From Eledone cirrhosa (Eukaryota), in NCBI GenBank assembly GCA_964016885.1, contig OZ024763.1:4898001-4962000 (forward strand): a stretch of 64,000 bases of DNA, in the 5' to 3' direction. Each line of letters begins with the position of its first letter. Position 1 is the stretch's first letter. Under the pieces are notes generated by a model that worked only from the letters and a program-made list of their open reading frames with translations, ran no database searches and had not been told where the DNA came from. Shown in pieces: positions 13,401 to 27,755 of this stretch. A program made the position numbers and the translations under genes.

Positions 13401-14508
13401 TAAAAAATAAACGTCATTTGGTCATTCCATGAGAGTATCTTGGTCAGCCTATGAAGGAGTGATGCTAGAGCTGTGATATCTTGCATGTTGAAAAATAAAC
13501 CTCATTTGGTCATTCCATGAGAGTATCTTGGTCAGCCTATGAAGGAGTGATGCTAGAGCTGTGAAATCTTGCATGTTGAAAAATAACCCTAATTTGGTCA
13601 TTCCATGAGAGTATCTTGGTTAACCTATGAAGGCATGATGCTAGAGCTGTGAAATCTTGCATGTTGAAAAATAAACCTCATTTGGTCATTCCATGAGAGT
13701 AGCTTGGTCAGCCTATGAAGGAGTGATGCTAGAGCTGTGAAATCTTGCATGTTAAAAAAATAAACCTCATCTGGTCATTCCATGACAGTATCTTGGTCAG
13801 CCTATGAAGGCGTGATGCTAGAGCTGTGAAATCTTGCATGTTGAAAATTAAACGTCATTTGGTCATTCCATGAGATTATCTTGGTCAGCCTATGAAGAAG
13901 TGATGCTAGGGCTGTGAAATCTTGCATGTTGAAAAATAAACCTCAGTTGGTCATTCCATGAGAGTAGCTTGGTCAGCCTATGAAGGAGTGATGCTAGAGC
14001 TGTGCAATCTTGCATGTTAAAAAATAAACGTCATTTGGTCATTCCATGAGAGTATCTTGGTCAGCCTTTGAAGGAGTGATGCTAGAGCTGTGATATCTTG
14101 CATGTTGAAAAATAAACCTCATTTAGTCATTCCATGAGAGTATCTTGGTCAGCCTATGAAGGAGTGATGCTAGAGCTGTGAAATCTTGCATGTTGAAAAA
14201 TAAACCTCATTTGGTCATTCCATGAGAGTATCTTGGTCAGCCTATGAAGGAGTGATGCTAGAGCTGTGAAATCTTGCATGTTGAAAAATAAACCTAATTT
14301 GGTCATTCCATGAGAGTATCTTGGTTAACCTATGAAGGCGTGATGCTAGAGCTGTGAAATCTTGCATGGTGAAAAATAAACCTCATTTGGTCATTCCATG
14401 AGAGTATCTTGGTCAGCCTATGAAGGAGTGATGCTAGAGCTGTGAAATCTTGCATGTGACAAATAAGCCTCATCTGGTCATTCCTTGAGAGTATTTTGGT
14501 CAGCCTAT
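10425..14508 (+). repeat. 88-bp satellite array 2 (about 46 copies)
   Basis: Same monomer and same TIR head. Confidence 0.97.
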
Positions 14509-14616
14509 TCACACACACACACACATATATATATGTATATATATATATATGTAATTGCATGTATATATGTATATATATATGTATGTATATATATGTATAT
14601 ATATATGTATATATGT

Positions 14617-14669
<53 letters not shown>

Positions 14670-14744
14670 CATATTTATATATATATATATACATATGTAT
14701 ATATATATATATATATATATACATATTTATATATATATATATAC

Positions 14745-14802
<58 letters not shown>

Positions 14803-14819
14803 ATATATATATATATGTG

Positions 14820-14911
<92 letters not shown>

Positions 14912-14929
14912 AATGTATATATATTTATG

Positions 14930-15002
<73 letters not shown>

Positions 15003-15813
15003 ATCTATATATATATATATATATGTATATCTATATATATATATATGTATGTATATATATATATATATGGATGTCAGCTCACCAGTTGGTGCTACTGGTA
15101 ACATGTATCCCAGTACAACCTGTCTCATGGTCGGGCATGTTGGCGACTAAACTGGCAACCCCACCAAGTTTTCTTGGTGAGGAGGGCGACTTTGGACATC
15201 CTGCAGGACTAAAAAAAAAACCTGTTAAAGGGCAAAGGAGCTCTTAAGAGTCAATGGCCATCCAAAATCACCGGGAGAGATGACCCCTTAGCCTTTGTCA
15301 AGGCAGAATTCTAGGAGAAGGAAAACTCTGATATAACACCTGCAACCCTGATGGTATCCAATGATGTTGACCTGTTCTTCATTTTGGTAAATATCATCTT
15401 GGTTAAGAGAGTGGGACTGGCTTTGTACAGTGCCTTTGCTCACTATAAAAGCTTCACGGCACAGGCATTGCTTTATATCTGGAGATAACTCTGCACTTGT
15501 CACATGGTACCATGGGCCCAGCACTATGTGTCAATATTTGTCACAAGTGTAGTGTTTGTACCAGAGTTTTCAAGTCGCTGGCTGGACTAAATAGTCACAC
15601 TCGTTCAGCGCATCGGTAGGAGTTCTCCTACATGGATATAAAGTAGTGGCCGTACTCGAAAGCGAGTTGGCAGCCACTATATATATATATATATATATAT
15701 ATGTAAAAAACGATTCTTTATACATGTTTTATGGTATATAGCTCTGATTATTTAATTTATTAATTCTTCATTGAGCCAGAAAGTGACCCGTTGCAAAACA
15801 CATATATATTTAT

Positions 15814-15852
<39 letters not shown>

Positions 15853-17510
15853 CGTATATATAACTATGTATATATATAGATATATAAGTGTATATATATA
15901 TATATGTAAATGTATATATATGCGTATTTATATATGTGTGTGTGTGTGCGTGTGTATTATGTGGGTCTCAATATGTAAACTAAACGACTAACACCGACTT
16001 CAGAAAAATCAGTGTTAGTCGATTAGAAAAATCATCAACTTCTGCGACCTTAAAGTATTCCTATAAAATCTCAATTAATAATCTGTACCATTGTGAAAGT
16101 TATCAAGAAAGCAAGTTAGGAAATTGAAAGGTATGATTTTACCAAATAGTAAGTTGAATGAGTTGTTTCCCTTAGATGAAAGACAAGAAAACGAAGAGTC
16201 TACTGAATGCTAGAAATGGCAGGCACTGAAATATTATAAATAATGATTGTTTTAGGGGTTAAACAACCCTCAAATATATGCCATATTCAACAGTTTACAC
16301 TACAATACCTTACAAAACTGATGAAAACGCTCTTCAGCGGTTAAAAATACTAGAAATGGCAACTAAATATCCCTCAAATCACAGAGTAGTGACACTGGAA
16401 TATTTAGAACAAATTCAATGATATATATAATATACGAGGGTAGGCTGACCAACATACTCTCATGGAATGACCAAATGAGGTTTATTTTTCAACATGCAAG
16501 ATTTCACAGCTCTAGCATCACTCCTTCATAGGCTGACCGATATACTCTCATGGAATGACCAAATGAGGTTTATTTGTCAACATGCAAGATTTCACAGCTC
16601 TAGCATCAGTCCTTCATAGGCTAACCAAGATACTCTCATGGAATGACCAAATGAGGTTTATTTTTCAACATGCAAGATTTCACAGCTCTAGCATCACTCC
16701 TTCATAGGCTGACTAAGAAACTCTCATGGAATGACCAAATGAGGTTTATTTTTCAACATGCAAGATTTCACAGCTCTAGCATTACTCCTTCATAGGCTGA
16801 CCAAGAAACTCTCATTGAATGACCAAACGAGGTTTATTTTTCAACATGCAAGATTTCACACCCTAGCATCACTCCTTCATAGTGAGCCTATGAACTTTTA
16901 AGCCTACCTTCGATTATGTAAACAATGTAAGTATTTAATATACAAATAATTACTATTGCTACAGTTAAAAAATGTACAAAAAATACTTTAAATTCAGTTT
17001 TTAATTCATGCAACGATTGTGTCAATAGTTAAAGAAATTCGAACTAAATTTTTGCACCCATTTTTGCGATTAAGTAAAGACGGAGTTATCGTTCTTGAGA
17101 TTTCGTCTCGGAGAAATTTAAGGAACTGATGTCGCTAAATCGCCAAATCATTTACCTGCCCCGTTGCATCATGGGAGGGTAATGGCTGCCTTTTATTTTT
17201 TAAACGATGGCAGGTTCTTTAGTTTCTTTCGCAGTATCTTGTTCCTTGTTTCATATAAGTAAATAATTAAAACATTTTGGCGAGAAAGATATTAAAAAGA
17301 CTGCCATGGTTTTAAAAAAATAAAAGGCAGCCATTACCCTCCCATGATGCAACGGGGCAGGTAAATGATTTGGCGATTTAGCGACATCAGTTCCTTAAAT
17401 ATCTCCGAGCCGAAATGTCAAGAACGATAACTCCGTCTTTACTTAATCGCAAAAATGGGTGCAAAAATTATTTCGAATTTCTTAGTAATTATACTTACAT
17501 TGTTTGCATA

Positions 17511-20500
17511 TACGAAGGTAGGCTTAAAGGTTCATAGGCTCACTATGAAGGAGTGATGCTAGAGCTGTGCAATCTTGCATGTTAAAAAATAAACCTCATT
17601 TGGTCATTCCATGAGAGTATCTTGGTCTGCCTATGAAGGAGTGATGCTAGAGCTGGGAAATCTTGCATGTTGAAAAATAAACCCCATTTGGTCATTCCAT
17701 GAAAGTAACTTGGTCAGCTTATGTAGGAGTGATGCTAGAGCGGTGAAATCTTGCATGTTAAAAAATAAACCTCATTTGGTCATTCCATGACAGTATCTTG
17801 GTCAGCCTATGAAGGAGTGATGCTAGGGCTGTGCAATCTTGCATGTTAAAAAATAAACCTCATTTGGTCAGCCTATGAAGGAGTGATGCTAGAGCTGTGA
17901 AATCTTGCATATTGACAAATAAACCTCATTTGGTCATTCCATGAGAGTATCTTGGTCAGCCTATGAAGGAGTGATGCTAGAGCTGTGGAATCTTGCATGT
18001 TGAAAAATAAACCCCATTTGGTCATTCCATGATAGTATCTTGGTCAGCCTATGTAGGAGTGATGCTAGAGCGGTGAAATCTTGCATGTTAAAAATTAAAC
18101 CTCATTTGGTCATACCATGACAGTATCTTGGTCAGCCTATGAAGGAGTGATGCTAGAGCTGTGAAATCTTGCATGTTGAAAAATAAATCTCATTTGATCA
18201 TTCCATGAGAGTATATTGGTCAGCCTATGAAGGAGTGATGCTAGAGCTGTGAAATCTTGCATGTTGACAAATAAGCCTCATTTGGTCATTCCATGAGAGT
18301 ATCTTGGTCAGCCTATGAAGGAGTGATGCTAGAGCTGTGAAATCTTGCATGTTGAAAAATAAACCTCATTTGGTCTTTCCATGAGAGTATCTTGGTCAGC
18401 CTATGAAGGAGTGATGCTCGAGCTGTGAAATCTTGCATGTTGAAAAATAAACCTCATTTGGTCATTCCATGAGATTTTCTTGGTCAGCCTATGAAGGAGT
18501 GATGCTAGAGCTGTGAAATCTTGCATGTTGAAAAATAAACCTCATTTGGTCATTCCTTGAGAGTATATTGGTCAGCATTTGAGGGAGTGATGCTAGAGCT
18601 GTGCAATCTTGCATGTGGAAAAATAAACCTCATTTGGTCATTCCATGAGAGTATCTTGGTTAGCCTATGAAGGAGTGATGCTAGAGCTGTGAAATCTTGC
18701 ATGTTAAAAAATAAACCTCATTTGGTCATTCCATGAGAGTATCTTGGTCAATCTATGAAGGAGTGATGCTAGAGCTGTGAAATCTTGCATGTTGAAAAAT
18801 AAACCTCATTTGGTCATTCCATGAGAGTATCTTGGTCAGCCTATGAAGGAGTGATGCTAGAGCTGTGAAATCTTGCATGTTAAAAAATAAACCTCATTTG
18901 GTCATTCCATGAGAGTATCTTGGTCAACCTATGAAGGAGTGATGCTAGAGCTGTGAAATCTTGCATGTTGAAAAATAAACCTCATTTGGTCATTCCATGA
19001 GAGTATATTGGTCAGCCTATGAAGGAGTGATGCTAGAGCTGTGAAATCTTGCATGTTAAAAAATAAACCTCATTTGGTCATTCCATGAGAGTATCTTGGT
19101 CAACCTATGAAGGAGTGATGCTAGAGCTGTGAACTCTTGCATGTTGAAAAATAAACCTCATTTGGTCATTCCATGAGAGTATCTTGGTTAGCCTATGAAG
19201 GAGTGATGCTAGAGCTATGAAATCTTGCATGTTGAAAAATAAACCTCATTTGGTCATTCCATGAGAGTATCTTGGTCAGCCTATGAAGGAGTGATGCTAG
19301 AGCTGTGAAATCTTGCATGTTAAAAAATAAACCTCATTTGGTCATTCCATGAGAGTATCTTGGTCAACCTATGAAGGAGTGATGCTAGAGCTGTGAAATC
19401 TTGCATGTTGAAAAATAAACCTCATTTGGTCATTCCATGAGAGTATCTTGGTCAGCATATGAAAGAGTGATGCTAGAGCTGTGAAATCTTGCATGTTGAA
19501 AAATAAACCTCATTTGGTCATTCCTTGAGAGTATCTTGGTCAGCATTTGAGGGAGTGATGCTAGAGCTGTGCAATCTTGCATGTGGAAAAATAAACCTCA
19601 TTTGGTCATTCCATGAGAGTATCTTGGTCAGCCTATGAAGGAGTGATGCTAGAGCTGTGAAATCTTGCATGTTGAAAAATAAACCTCATTTGGTCTTTCC
19701 ATGAGAGTATCTTGGTCAGCCTATGAAGGAGTGATGCTCGAGCTGTGAAATCTTGCATGTTGAAAAATAAACCTCATTTGGTCATTCCTTGAGAGTATCT
19801 TGGTCAGCATTTGAGGGAGTGATGCTAGAGCTGTGCAATCTTGCATGTGGAAAAATAAACCTCATTTGGTCATTCCATGAGAGTATCTTGGTCAGCCTAT
19901 GAAGGAGTGATGCTAGAGCTGTGAAATCTTGCATGTTGAAAAATAAACCTCATTTGGTCTTTCCATGAGAGTATCTTGGTCAGCCTATGAAGGAGTGATG
20001 CTCGAGCTGTGAAATCTTGCATGTTGAAAAATAAACCTCATTTGGTCATTCCATGAGATTTTCTTGGTCAGCCTATGAAGGAGTGATGCTAGAGCTGTGA
20101 AATCTTGCATGTTGAAAAATAAACCTCATTTGGTCATTCCTTGAGAGTATATTGGTCAGCATTTGAGGGAGTGATGCTAGAGCTGTGCAATCTTGCATGT
20201 GGAAAAATAAACCTCATTTGGTCATTCCATGAGAGTATCTTGGTTAGCCTATGAAGGAGTGATGCTAGAGCTGTGAAATCTTGCATGTTAAAAAATAAAC
20301 CTCATTTGGTCATTCCATGAGAGTATCTTGGTCAATCTATGAAGGAGTGATGCTAGAGCTGTGAAATCTTGCATGTTGAAAAATAAACCTCATTTGGTCA
20401 TTCCATGAGAGTATCTTGGTCAGCCTATGAAGGAGTGATGCTAGAGCTGTGAAATCTTGCATGTTAAAAAATAAACCTCATTTGGTCATTCCATGAGAGT

Positions 20501-21235
20501 ATCTTGGTCAACCTATGAAGGAGTGATGCTAGAGCTGTGAAATCTTGCATGTTGAAAAATAAACCTCATTTGGTCATTCCATGAGAGTATATTGGTCAGC
20601 CTATGAAGGAGTGATGCTAGAGCTGTGAAATCTTGCATGTTAAAAAATAAACCTCATTTGGTCATTCCATGAGAGTATCTTGGTCAACCTATGAAGGAGT
20701 GATGCTAGAGCTGTGAACTCTTGCATGTTGAAAAATAAACCTCATTTGGTCATTCCATGAGAGTATCTTGGTTAGCCTATGAAGGAGTGATGCTAGAGCT
20801 ATGAAATCTTGCATGTTGAAAAATAAACCTCATTTGGTCATTCCATGAGAGTATCTTGGTCAGCCTATGAAGGAGTGATGCTAGAGCTGTGAAATCTTGC
20901 ATGTTAAAAAATAAACCTCATTTGGTCATTCCATGAGAGTATCTTGGTCAACCTATGAAGGAGTGATGCTAGAGCTGTGAAATCTTGCATGTTGAAAAAT
21001 AAACCTCATTTGGTCATTCCATGAGAGTATATTGGTCAGCCTATGAAAGAGTGATGCTAGAGCTGTGAAATCTTGCATGTTAAAAAATAAACCTCATTTG
21101 GTCATTCCATGAGAGTATCTTGGTCAGCCTATGAAGGAGTGATGCTAGAGCTGTGAAATCTTGCATGTTGAAAAATAAACCTCATTTGGTCATTCCATGA
21201 GAGTATCTTGGTCAGCCTATGAAGGAGTGATGCTA
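17511..21235 (+). repeat. 88-bp satellite array 3 (about 42 copies)
   Basis: Same monomer; higher-order duplications visible from shared variants. Confidence 0.97.
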
Positions 21236-21664
21236 TAATTGTCACAAGTGTTGTGTTTGTACCAGAGTTTTCAAGTCGCTGGCTGGACTAAAAAGTCACA
21301 CTCGTTCAGCGCATCGGTAGGAGTTCTACATGGATATAAAGTAGTAGCCGTACTCGAAAACGAGTTGGCAGCCACTATATGTATGTATATATATATATGT
21401 GTATGTGTGTATGTATGTACATCTATATGGTTTTATAAATATAGTTTCCATTCATTTAATATCATTGAATATTATACTCCAGAAAACCTGTCAGGTGCTT
21501 TGAATCAGTTATAAACATTTATATTTGTTGAATTACCAACAAATTAAATATCCCTTTTGCTTATGTATATATATATATATTTCAATGTTATACAAGTCTT
21601 TTGTTCAGGGTTAAATAATATGTGAAAATCAATTAATGAGGTTTATAAATTTGTCTAACCCGTA

Positions 21665-23297
21665 TGGAATGGGTACTTTTTGTTGTGACACCTACATGAC
21701 CACTTTACAGTGTGGACTGGGTACTTTTTGTTGTGACACCTACATGACCACTTTACAGTGTAGAATGGGTACTTTTTGTCGCGACACCTACATGACGACT
21801 TTACAGTGTAGAATGGGTACATTTTGTTGTGACACCTACATGACCACTTTACAGTGTGGAATGGGTACTTTTTGTTGTGACACCTACATGACCACTTTAC
21901 AGTGTGGACTGGGTACTTTTTGTTGTGACACCTACATGACCACTTTACAGTGTGGACTGGGTACTTTTTGTTGTGACACCTACATGACCACTTTACAGTG
22001 TGGACTGGGTACTTTTTGTTGTGACACCTACATGACCACTTTACAGTGTGGAATGGGTACTTTTTGTTGTGACACCTACATGACCACTTTACAGTGTGGA
22101 CTGGGTACTTTTTGTTGTGACACCTACATGACCACTTTACAGTGTGGACTGGGTACTTTTTGTTGTGACACCTACATGACCACTTTACAGTGTGGACTGG
22201 GTACTTTTTGTTGTGACACCTACATGACCACTTTACAGTGTGGACTGGGTACTTTTTCTTGTGACACCTACATGACCACTTTACAGTGTGGAATGGGTAC
22301 TTTTTGTTGTGACACCTACATGACCACTTTACAGTGTGGAATGGGTACTTTTTGTTGTGACACCTACATGACCACTTTACAGTGTGGACTGGGTACTTTT
22401 TGTTGTGACACCTACATGACCACTTTACAGTGTGGAATGGGTACTTTTTGTTGTGACACCTACATGACCACTTTACAGTGTGGAATGGGTACTTTTTGTT
22501 GTGACACCTACATGACCACTTTACAGTGTAGAATGGGTACTTTTTGTTGTGACACCTACATGACCACTTTACAGTGTAGAATGGGTACTTTTTGTCGTGA
22601 CACCTACAAGACCACTTTACAGTGTGGACTGGGTGCTTTTTGTCGTGACACCTACATGACCACTTTACAGTGTGGACTGGGTACTTTTTGTCGTGACACC
22701 TACATGACCACTTTACAGTGTGGACTGGGTACTTTTTGTTGTGACACCTACATGACCACTTTACAGTGTAGAATGGGTACATTTTGTTGTGACACCTACA
22801 TGACCACTTTACAGTGTGGACTGGGTACTTTTTGTTGTGACACCTACATGACCACTTTACAGTGTAGAATGGGTACATTTTGTCGCGACACCTACATGAC
22901 CACTTTACAGTGTAGAATGGGTACATTTTGTTGTGACACCTACATGACCACTTTACAGTGTGGACTGGGTACTTTTTGTTGTGACACCTACATGACCACT
23001 TTACAGTGTGGACTGGGTACTTTTTGTTGTGACACCTACATGACCACTTTACAGTGTGGACTGGGTACTTTTTGTTGTGACACCTACATGACCACTTTAC
23101 AGTGTGGAATGGGTACTTTTTGTTGTGACACCTACATGACCACTTTACAGTGTGGAATGGGTACTTTTTGTTGCGACACCTACATGACCACTTTACAGTG
23201 TGGACTGGGTACTTTTTGTTGTGACACCTACATGACCACTTTACAGTGTGGACTGGGTACTTTTTGTTGTGACACCTACATGACCACTTTACAGTGT
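21665..23297. repeat. 48-bp minisatellite, about 34 copies, derived from an RTE 3' UTR motif
   Basis: Unit GGACTGGGTACTTTTTGTTGTGACACCTACATGACCACTTTACAGTGT. Confidence 0.97.
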
Positions 23298-23359
23298 ATA
23301 TATAAAGGGTAGTATAGAGGAGTTGATAATACAATCATATATATATATATATATATAAT

Positions 23360-23798
23360 ATATAAGATCAAAAGATGGTTAAAAGAGTTCCATGTATTTT
23401 ATTATGCGCATTTCAAAAACAAATATCATCATGCAATAACATTTGCGTTTTCGTCAGATAAAATAGGGAGACATGATATGAAGGTTAAAACACACTTGTG
23501 AATAGTGCAGTTTTAAATCAACATATACACAGATACACATACATACATACACAGACACACACTATTCACAAGTGTGTTTTAACCTTCATATCATGCCTCC
23601 CTATTTTATCTGACGAAAACGCAAATGTTATTGCATGATGATATTTGTTTTTGAAATGCGCATAATAAAATACATGGAACTCTTTTAACCATCTTTTGAT
23701 CTTATATATTATTTATACTCCAGTCCTACAAACTGTAGAGTGCTTCTTATCCGATATCTGCATTGCTTTATTGTACTACAATAAAACTCACCTCCTAC

Positions 23799-23800
<2 letters not shown>
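23360..23800. mobile_element. Hammerhead-bearing fold-back element, family A, locus 1 (Penelope-like pLTR derivative)
   Basis: Inverted arms between (TA)n tracts; hammerhead motifs at 23395-23465 (-) and 23602-23672 (+). Confidence 0.8.
23602..23672 (+). ncRNA. Minimal type I hammerhead ribozyme, family A (representative copy)
   Basis: Stem I UAUUUUAU/AUAAAAUA; CUGACGA; 16-bp stem II with one mismatch; GAAA-UGCGCA-UA with palindromic stem III. Confidence 0.8.
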
Positions 23801-23845
<45 letters not shown>

Positions 23846-24020
23846 ATATATAACTTATATAACATTTAAAATGTCATGTTGACTTTTAATCTTGGTGGTT
23901 GAATCTAATGAAAGTGTGGAATTTCCACATAGAGAGGAGGGGGGTGGGGGTGTATCAGTGAGTTATGATATAAATAATTCCTATATTCCAGAATGTTCTA
24001 ACATAGGTGGCGATACTTAC

Positions 24021-24135
24021 AGGTAAAATTGTAATCTGTCCCCAAAGCTCCATCGTTCTGCAGGTAGATAAATTTCTTGAGCACCTCGTCAATGACAGTA
24101 TGACCAAAGTCAACAGTCGACGTACTAATCTTCAG
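24021..24135 (-). CDS. CFAP74: CFAP74 coding exon 16
   Basis: ctgtag acceptor, gtaagt donor; LKISTSTVDFGHTVIDEVLKKFIYLQNDGALGTDYNFT has the DFG...L-x-N-x-G pattern of ASH-type domains. Confidence 0.93.
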
Positions 24136-24296
24136 CTACAGAGAAAATGACAATAACAACAATAACAACAACACAATGTAAAATATAATAGATAATATAA
24201 TAAAATAAAATTGTAAAAAGTCACAAATTATTACAAACAAAGCCCAATAAAAACAAAAAAAAAACATACATCATGACCACCAGCATCCCCACCACC

Positions 24297-25133
24297 ACAA
24301 ACACACACACACATACATGTACACACACAGACACACACATACATACACATACACACACATACACACACATACATACATGTACACACACACACATACATAC
24401 ACAGACACACACATACACATACATACATACATACACAGACACACACATACATACATACACAGATACATACATACACATGCACACATACATACATACATAC
24501 ATACACAGACACACACATACATACATGTACACACACAGACACATACATACATACAGACACACACATACATACACAGATACATACATACACAGACACACAT
24601 ACATACATACACAGACACACACATACATACATACACAGATACATACATACACAGGCACACATACATACATACACAGACACACATACATACATGCACACAC
24701 ACAGATACACATACATACACAGACACACACATACATACATGTACACACACAGACACACATACATACATACATACATACAGACACACACATACACAGACAC
24801 AGACACACATACATACATACACAGACACACACATACACATATACATACATACATACACAGACACACATACATACATACACAGACACACATACAGACACAT
24901 ATACATACATACACAGACACACATACATACATAGACACACACATACACAGACACACATACATACATACAGACACACACATACACAGACACACATACATAC
25001 ACAGACATACACACATACATACACATACATACATACACAGACACACACACACACATACATACATACATACAGACACACACACACACACACACACACATAC
25101 ATACAGACACACACACATATACAGACACACACA
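24297..25133. repeat. (CA)/(CATA)/(CAGA) compound microsatellite; similar tracts at 90-565, 14510-15067, 34960-35322, 35800-36030, 36897-37420, 45175-45855, 49695-50495, 50628-52030, 54075-54338
   Basis: Simple-sequence composition. Confidence 0.95.
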
Positions 25134-25372
25134 TGAATTAGAGAAGGATATTTTTTTATTATTTATTATTGTTGGATATAGTTTCAAATCAAAGAAATAA
25201 TAATAATAATAATAATTATATATATATATATATTTATTTATTTTATTTTTTTACTGGTTTCAGTAACTGGACTGGGGCCATGCTGGGGCATCATATTCAG
25301 GGGTTTTGTGAATCACACAAATACACACACTAAAAACAAGCAAAAAAAAAAATTAAAAAAAAGACAACTTAC

Positions 25373-25462
25373 GTCACATTTTTTTATGGAAGACTTTAAT
25401 AATATTTTAAAAGCTCCACTTTTGGTTAAGAAATTCACCTCACCTGTCATGCATTCATTTAT
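25373..25462 (-). CDS. CFAP74: CFAP74 coding exon 15
   Basis: tatcag acceptor, gtaagt donor; INECMTGEVNFLTKSGAFKILLKSSIKKCD. Confidence 0.93.
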
Positions 25463-26122
25463 CTGATAAGTAAAATATATATATATATTTATCTTTATAC
25501 ATCATCATCATCATTATTACTGTTCAACCCTTTAGCATTTACATTACTCATTACTCTATATATACTATTGTATTTTTGTGGTAAAGGCTTTATCTTACAT
25601 AATTATCTCACATAATATTAAATCTATGAGATTTTGATATTATTTATTTTGAGAACAATACCTTAACGTCAGTATGAGTGGCCAGTTATGACCAGTTTCA
25701 ACAGAAAGAGGTGAGAGAATTCTGGCAGGATATGGCCAGTTTAAATGCTAAAGGGTTAATGTATTTACCATGCTAATATGGGTTAGACAGATAGTCACGT
25801 TATGAGACAAGTCAGGTCTGGAGACCACATCTTGCTCATACAGATCTATAATTTGGCTTCATTTCTATGACTGGATGTCGTTCCTAATGCCAACAACATT
25901 TACACGAGGGGCAATCGATCGACAAGGTCCCAGACCTCACTCACTTACCAAGAGGGGTGGAACTCCTCAAATGAGACCAATTGCTGATGCTATTACTCCT
26001 GACTGAAGGAGCAATGTGAAATAAAGTGTCATGCTGAAGGACATAACACATCACCCGATCAAGTAATCAAACTCTCAAACCAGCCACTAAGCCGCATGGG
26101 TGAGAAGTATAAAACTGTGACC

Positions 26123-26309
26123 TACAAGGGTAGGCCGAAAAGTTCATAAACTAACTATGAAGGAGCGATGCTAGAGCTGTGAAATCCTGCATGCATTAAT
26201 TTCAACTCTTCTTATTAACAACTGCATTGTTTCTTTGAAAATAAATCTCATTTGGTCACTCCATGAGAGTATCTTGGTCAGCCTATGAACATTTCAGCCA
26301 ACCTTCATA
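26123..26309 (+). mobile_element. Tc1/mariner-type MITE, unexpanded relative of the 88-bp satellite
   Basis: Imperfect TIRs TACAAGGGTAGGCCGAAAAGTTCATA / TATGAACATTTCAGCCAACCTTCATA; interior contains both halves of the monomer plus about 40 extra bp. Confidence 0.8.
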
Positions 26310-26333
26310 TATAAAGTTGCATAAAGATCTTAC

Positions 26334-26400
26334 CATGGGTTTAAAGTTGATAAACAGCTCACAGGTCATTCCGGGAGACAAGAATCCTGGTGGGTGGAAT
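26334..26400 (-). CDS. CFAP74: CFAP74 coding exon 14
   Basis: ctttag acceptor, gtaaga donor; FHPPGFLSPGMTCELFINFKPM matches recalled CFAP74 FDPPGPLSAGMSCEVLVTFKPM. Confidence 0.95.
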
Positions 26401-26439
26401 CTAAAGGAAACAAACAAACTCTTAAATTAAACCCTTATT

Positions 26440-26710
26440 ATCTAAAGTCTGTCTCGAGTCCAGAGGTTCATCAGGTCAGTGCTTATCCCGGTTTCCATGG
26501 CATTAAGCAAATGAGAGTGCAAGACTTCACCCCGGACGAGATGCCAGTCCATTGCAGGGTTAAACTCCCAGCTACTGCTGGTACTCATTTTCAGTTGAGT
26601 ATACTGAAACAATGTGATAAAAAGTGTTTTGCAAGGAACATGCAAGGAATTGAACCCACCACATCATGATCATAAGTCCAGCATCCTTACCACTAGACCA
26701 CACACCTCCT
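26440..26710 (-). mobile_element. Old tRNA-derived SINE
   Basis: Minus-strand GGTCTAGTGGTAAG and GGGTTCAATTCC boxes followed by a SINE-like core. Confidence 0.6.
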
Positions 26711-27150
26711 CACAAACACTTATTATATTAAACCCTTCTTCTTTTTTGCCTACTTATCCCTGAGAGAGTCGTGGGGGCAGAGTCCTCAAACACTCCCTCC
26801 AGCGAGTCCTGTCAGAAGCAACCATCTCCAACTGATCCAGCTGGATCCTCAAGTGAGACCAGCCAAGCTCATGGTTGTTATCCAACAATCTTGCCCAGGG
26901 TCAACCCCTGGCTCGCCTGCTGGTTGATTTTGCTCATGAAATCTGTCCAACAATTTTTTTTTCCTGAAACATTTGAACCACATGCTTGTAGTATCAGAGC
27001 TGTGATCTCTCAATTTGGAGAAACAGCAGCTCTACATGGAGTGTCTCCCTGATCCCCAAGCTATGCGCTCTATTGAGCAAACCTTTACTATATTAAATAT
27101 TAAGGCAGTGATTCAGTAGATTGAATGTGACAAGAATGAAGGCCACTTAC

Positions 27151-27269
27151 TCAACTTCGACAAAGTCTCTCATCCTCAATGAGACATGGCTGTATCTGAT
27201 GAAGTTGGCCTTGCTGGATACATTGGTGATCACAGATTTCTTTCTGTAGAGTTTACGAAGTTCAATATC
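27151..27269 (-). CDS. CFAP74: CFAP74 coding exon 13
   Basis: ctacag acceptor, gtaagt donor; DIELRKLYRKKSVITNVSSKANFIRYSHVSLRMRDFVEV. Confidence 0.92.
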
Positions 27270-27320
27270 CTGTAGAGGAAGATAGAATCAGGTATGTGTG
27301 CATAATATATATATATATAT

Positions 27321-27755
27321 ATGTAGGAGGTGAGTTTTATTGTAGTACAATAAAGCAATGCAGATGTCGGATAAGAAGCACTCTACAGTTTGTAGGACTG
27401 GAGTATGCATAATATAAGATCAAAAGATGGTTAAAGGAGTTCCATGTATTTTATTATGCGCATTTCAAAAACAAACATCATCATGCAATAATATTTGTGT
27501 TTTCATCAGATAAAACAGGAGAACATGATATGAAGGCTAAAAAAACACTTGTGGATAGTGCAGTTGATTTAAAACTGTTGATTTAAAAATGTTGATTTAA
27601 AACTGCACTATCCACAAGTGTTTTTTTAGCCTTCATATCATGTTCTCCTGTTTTATTTGATGAAAACACAAATATTATTGCATGATGATGTTTGTTTTTG
27701 AAATGCGCATAATAAAATACATGGAACTCCTTTAACCATCTTTTGATCTTATATT
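27321..27755. mobile_element. Hammerhead-bearing fold-back element, family A, locus 2
   Basis: Motif at 27447-27517 (-) intact; 27649-27719 (+) has a C3-to-U core change. Confidence 0.8.

Noticed and set aside
21636-23334. 558/559-aa Cys-rich ORFs
   Set aside because: Translations of a 48-bp minisatellite, open on both strands and traceable to a LINE UTR.
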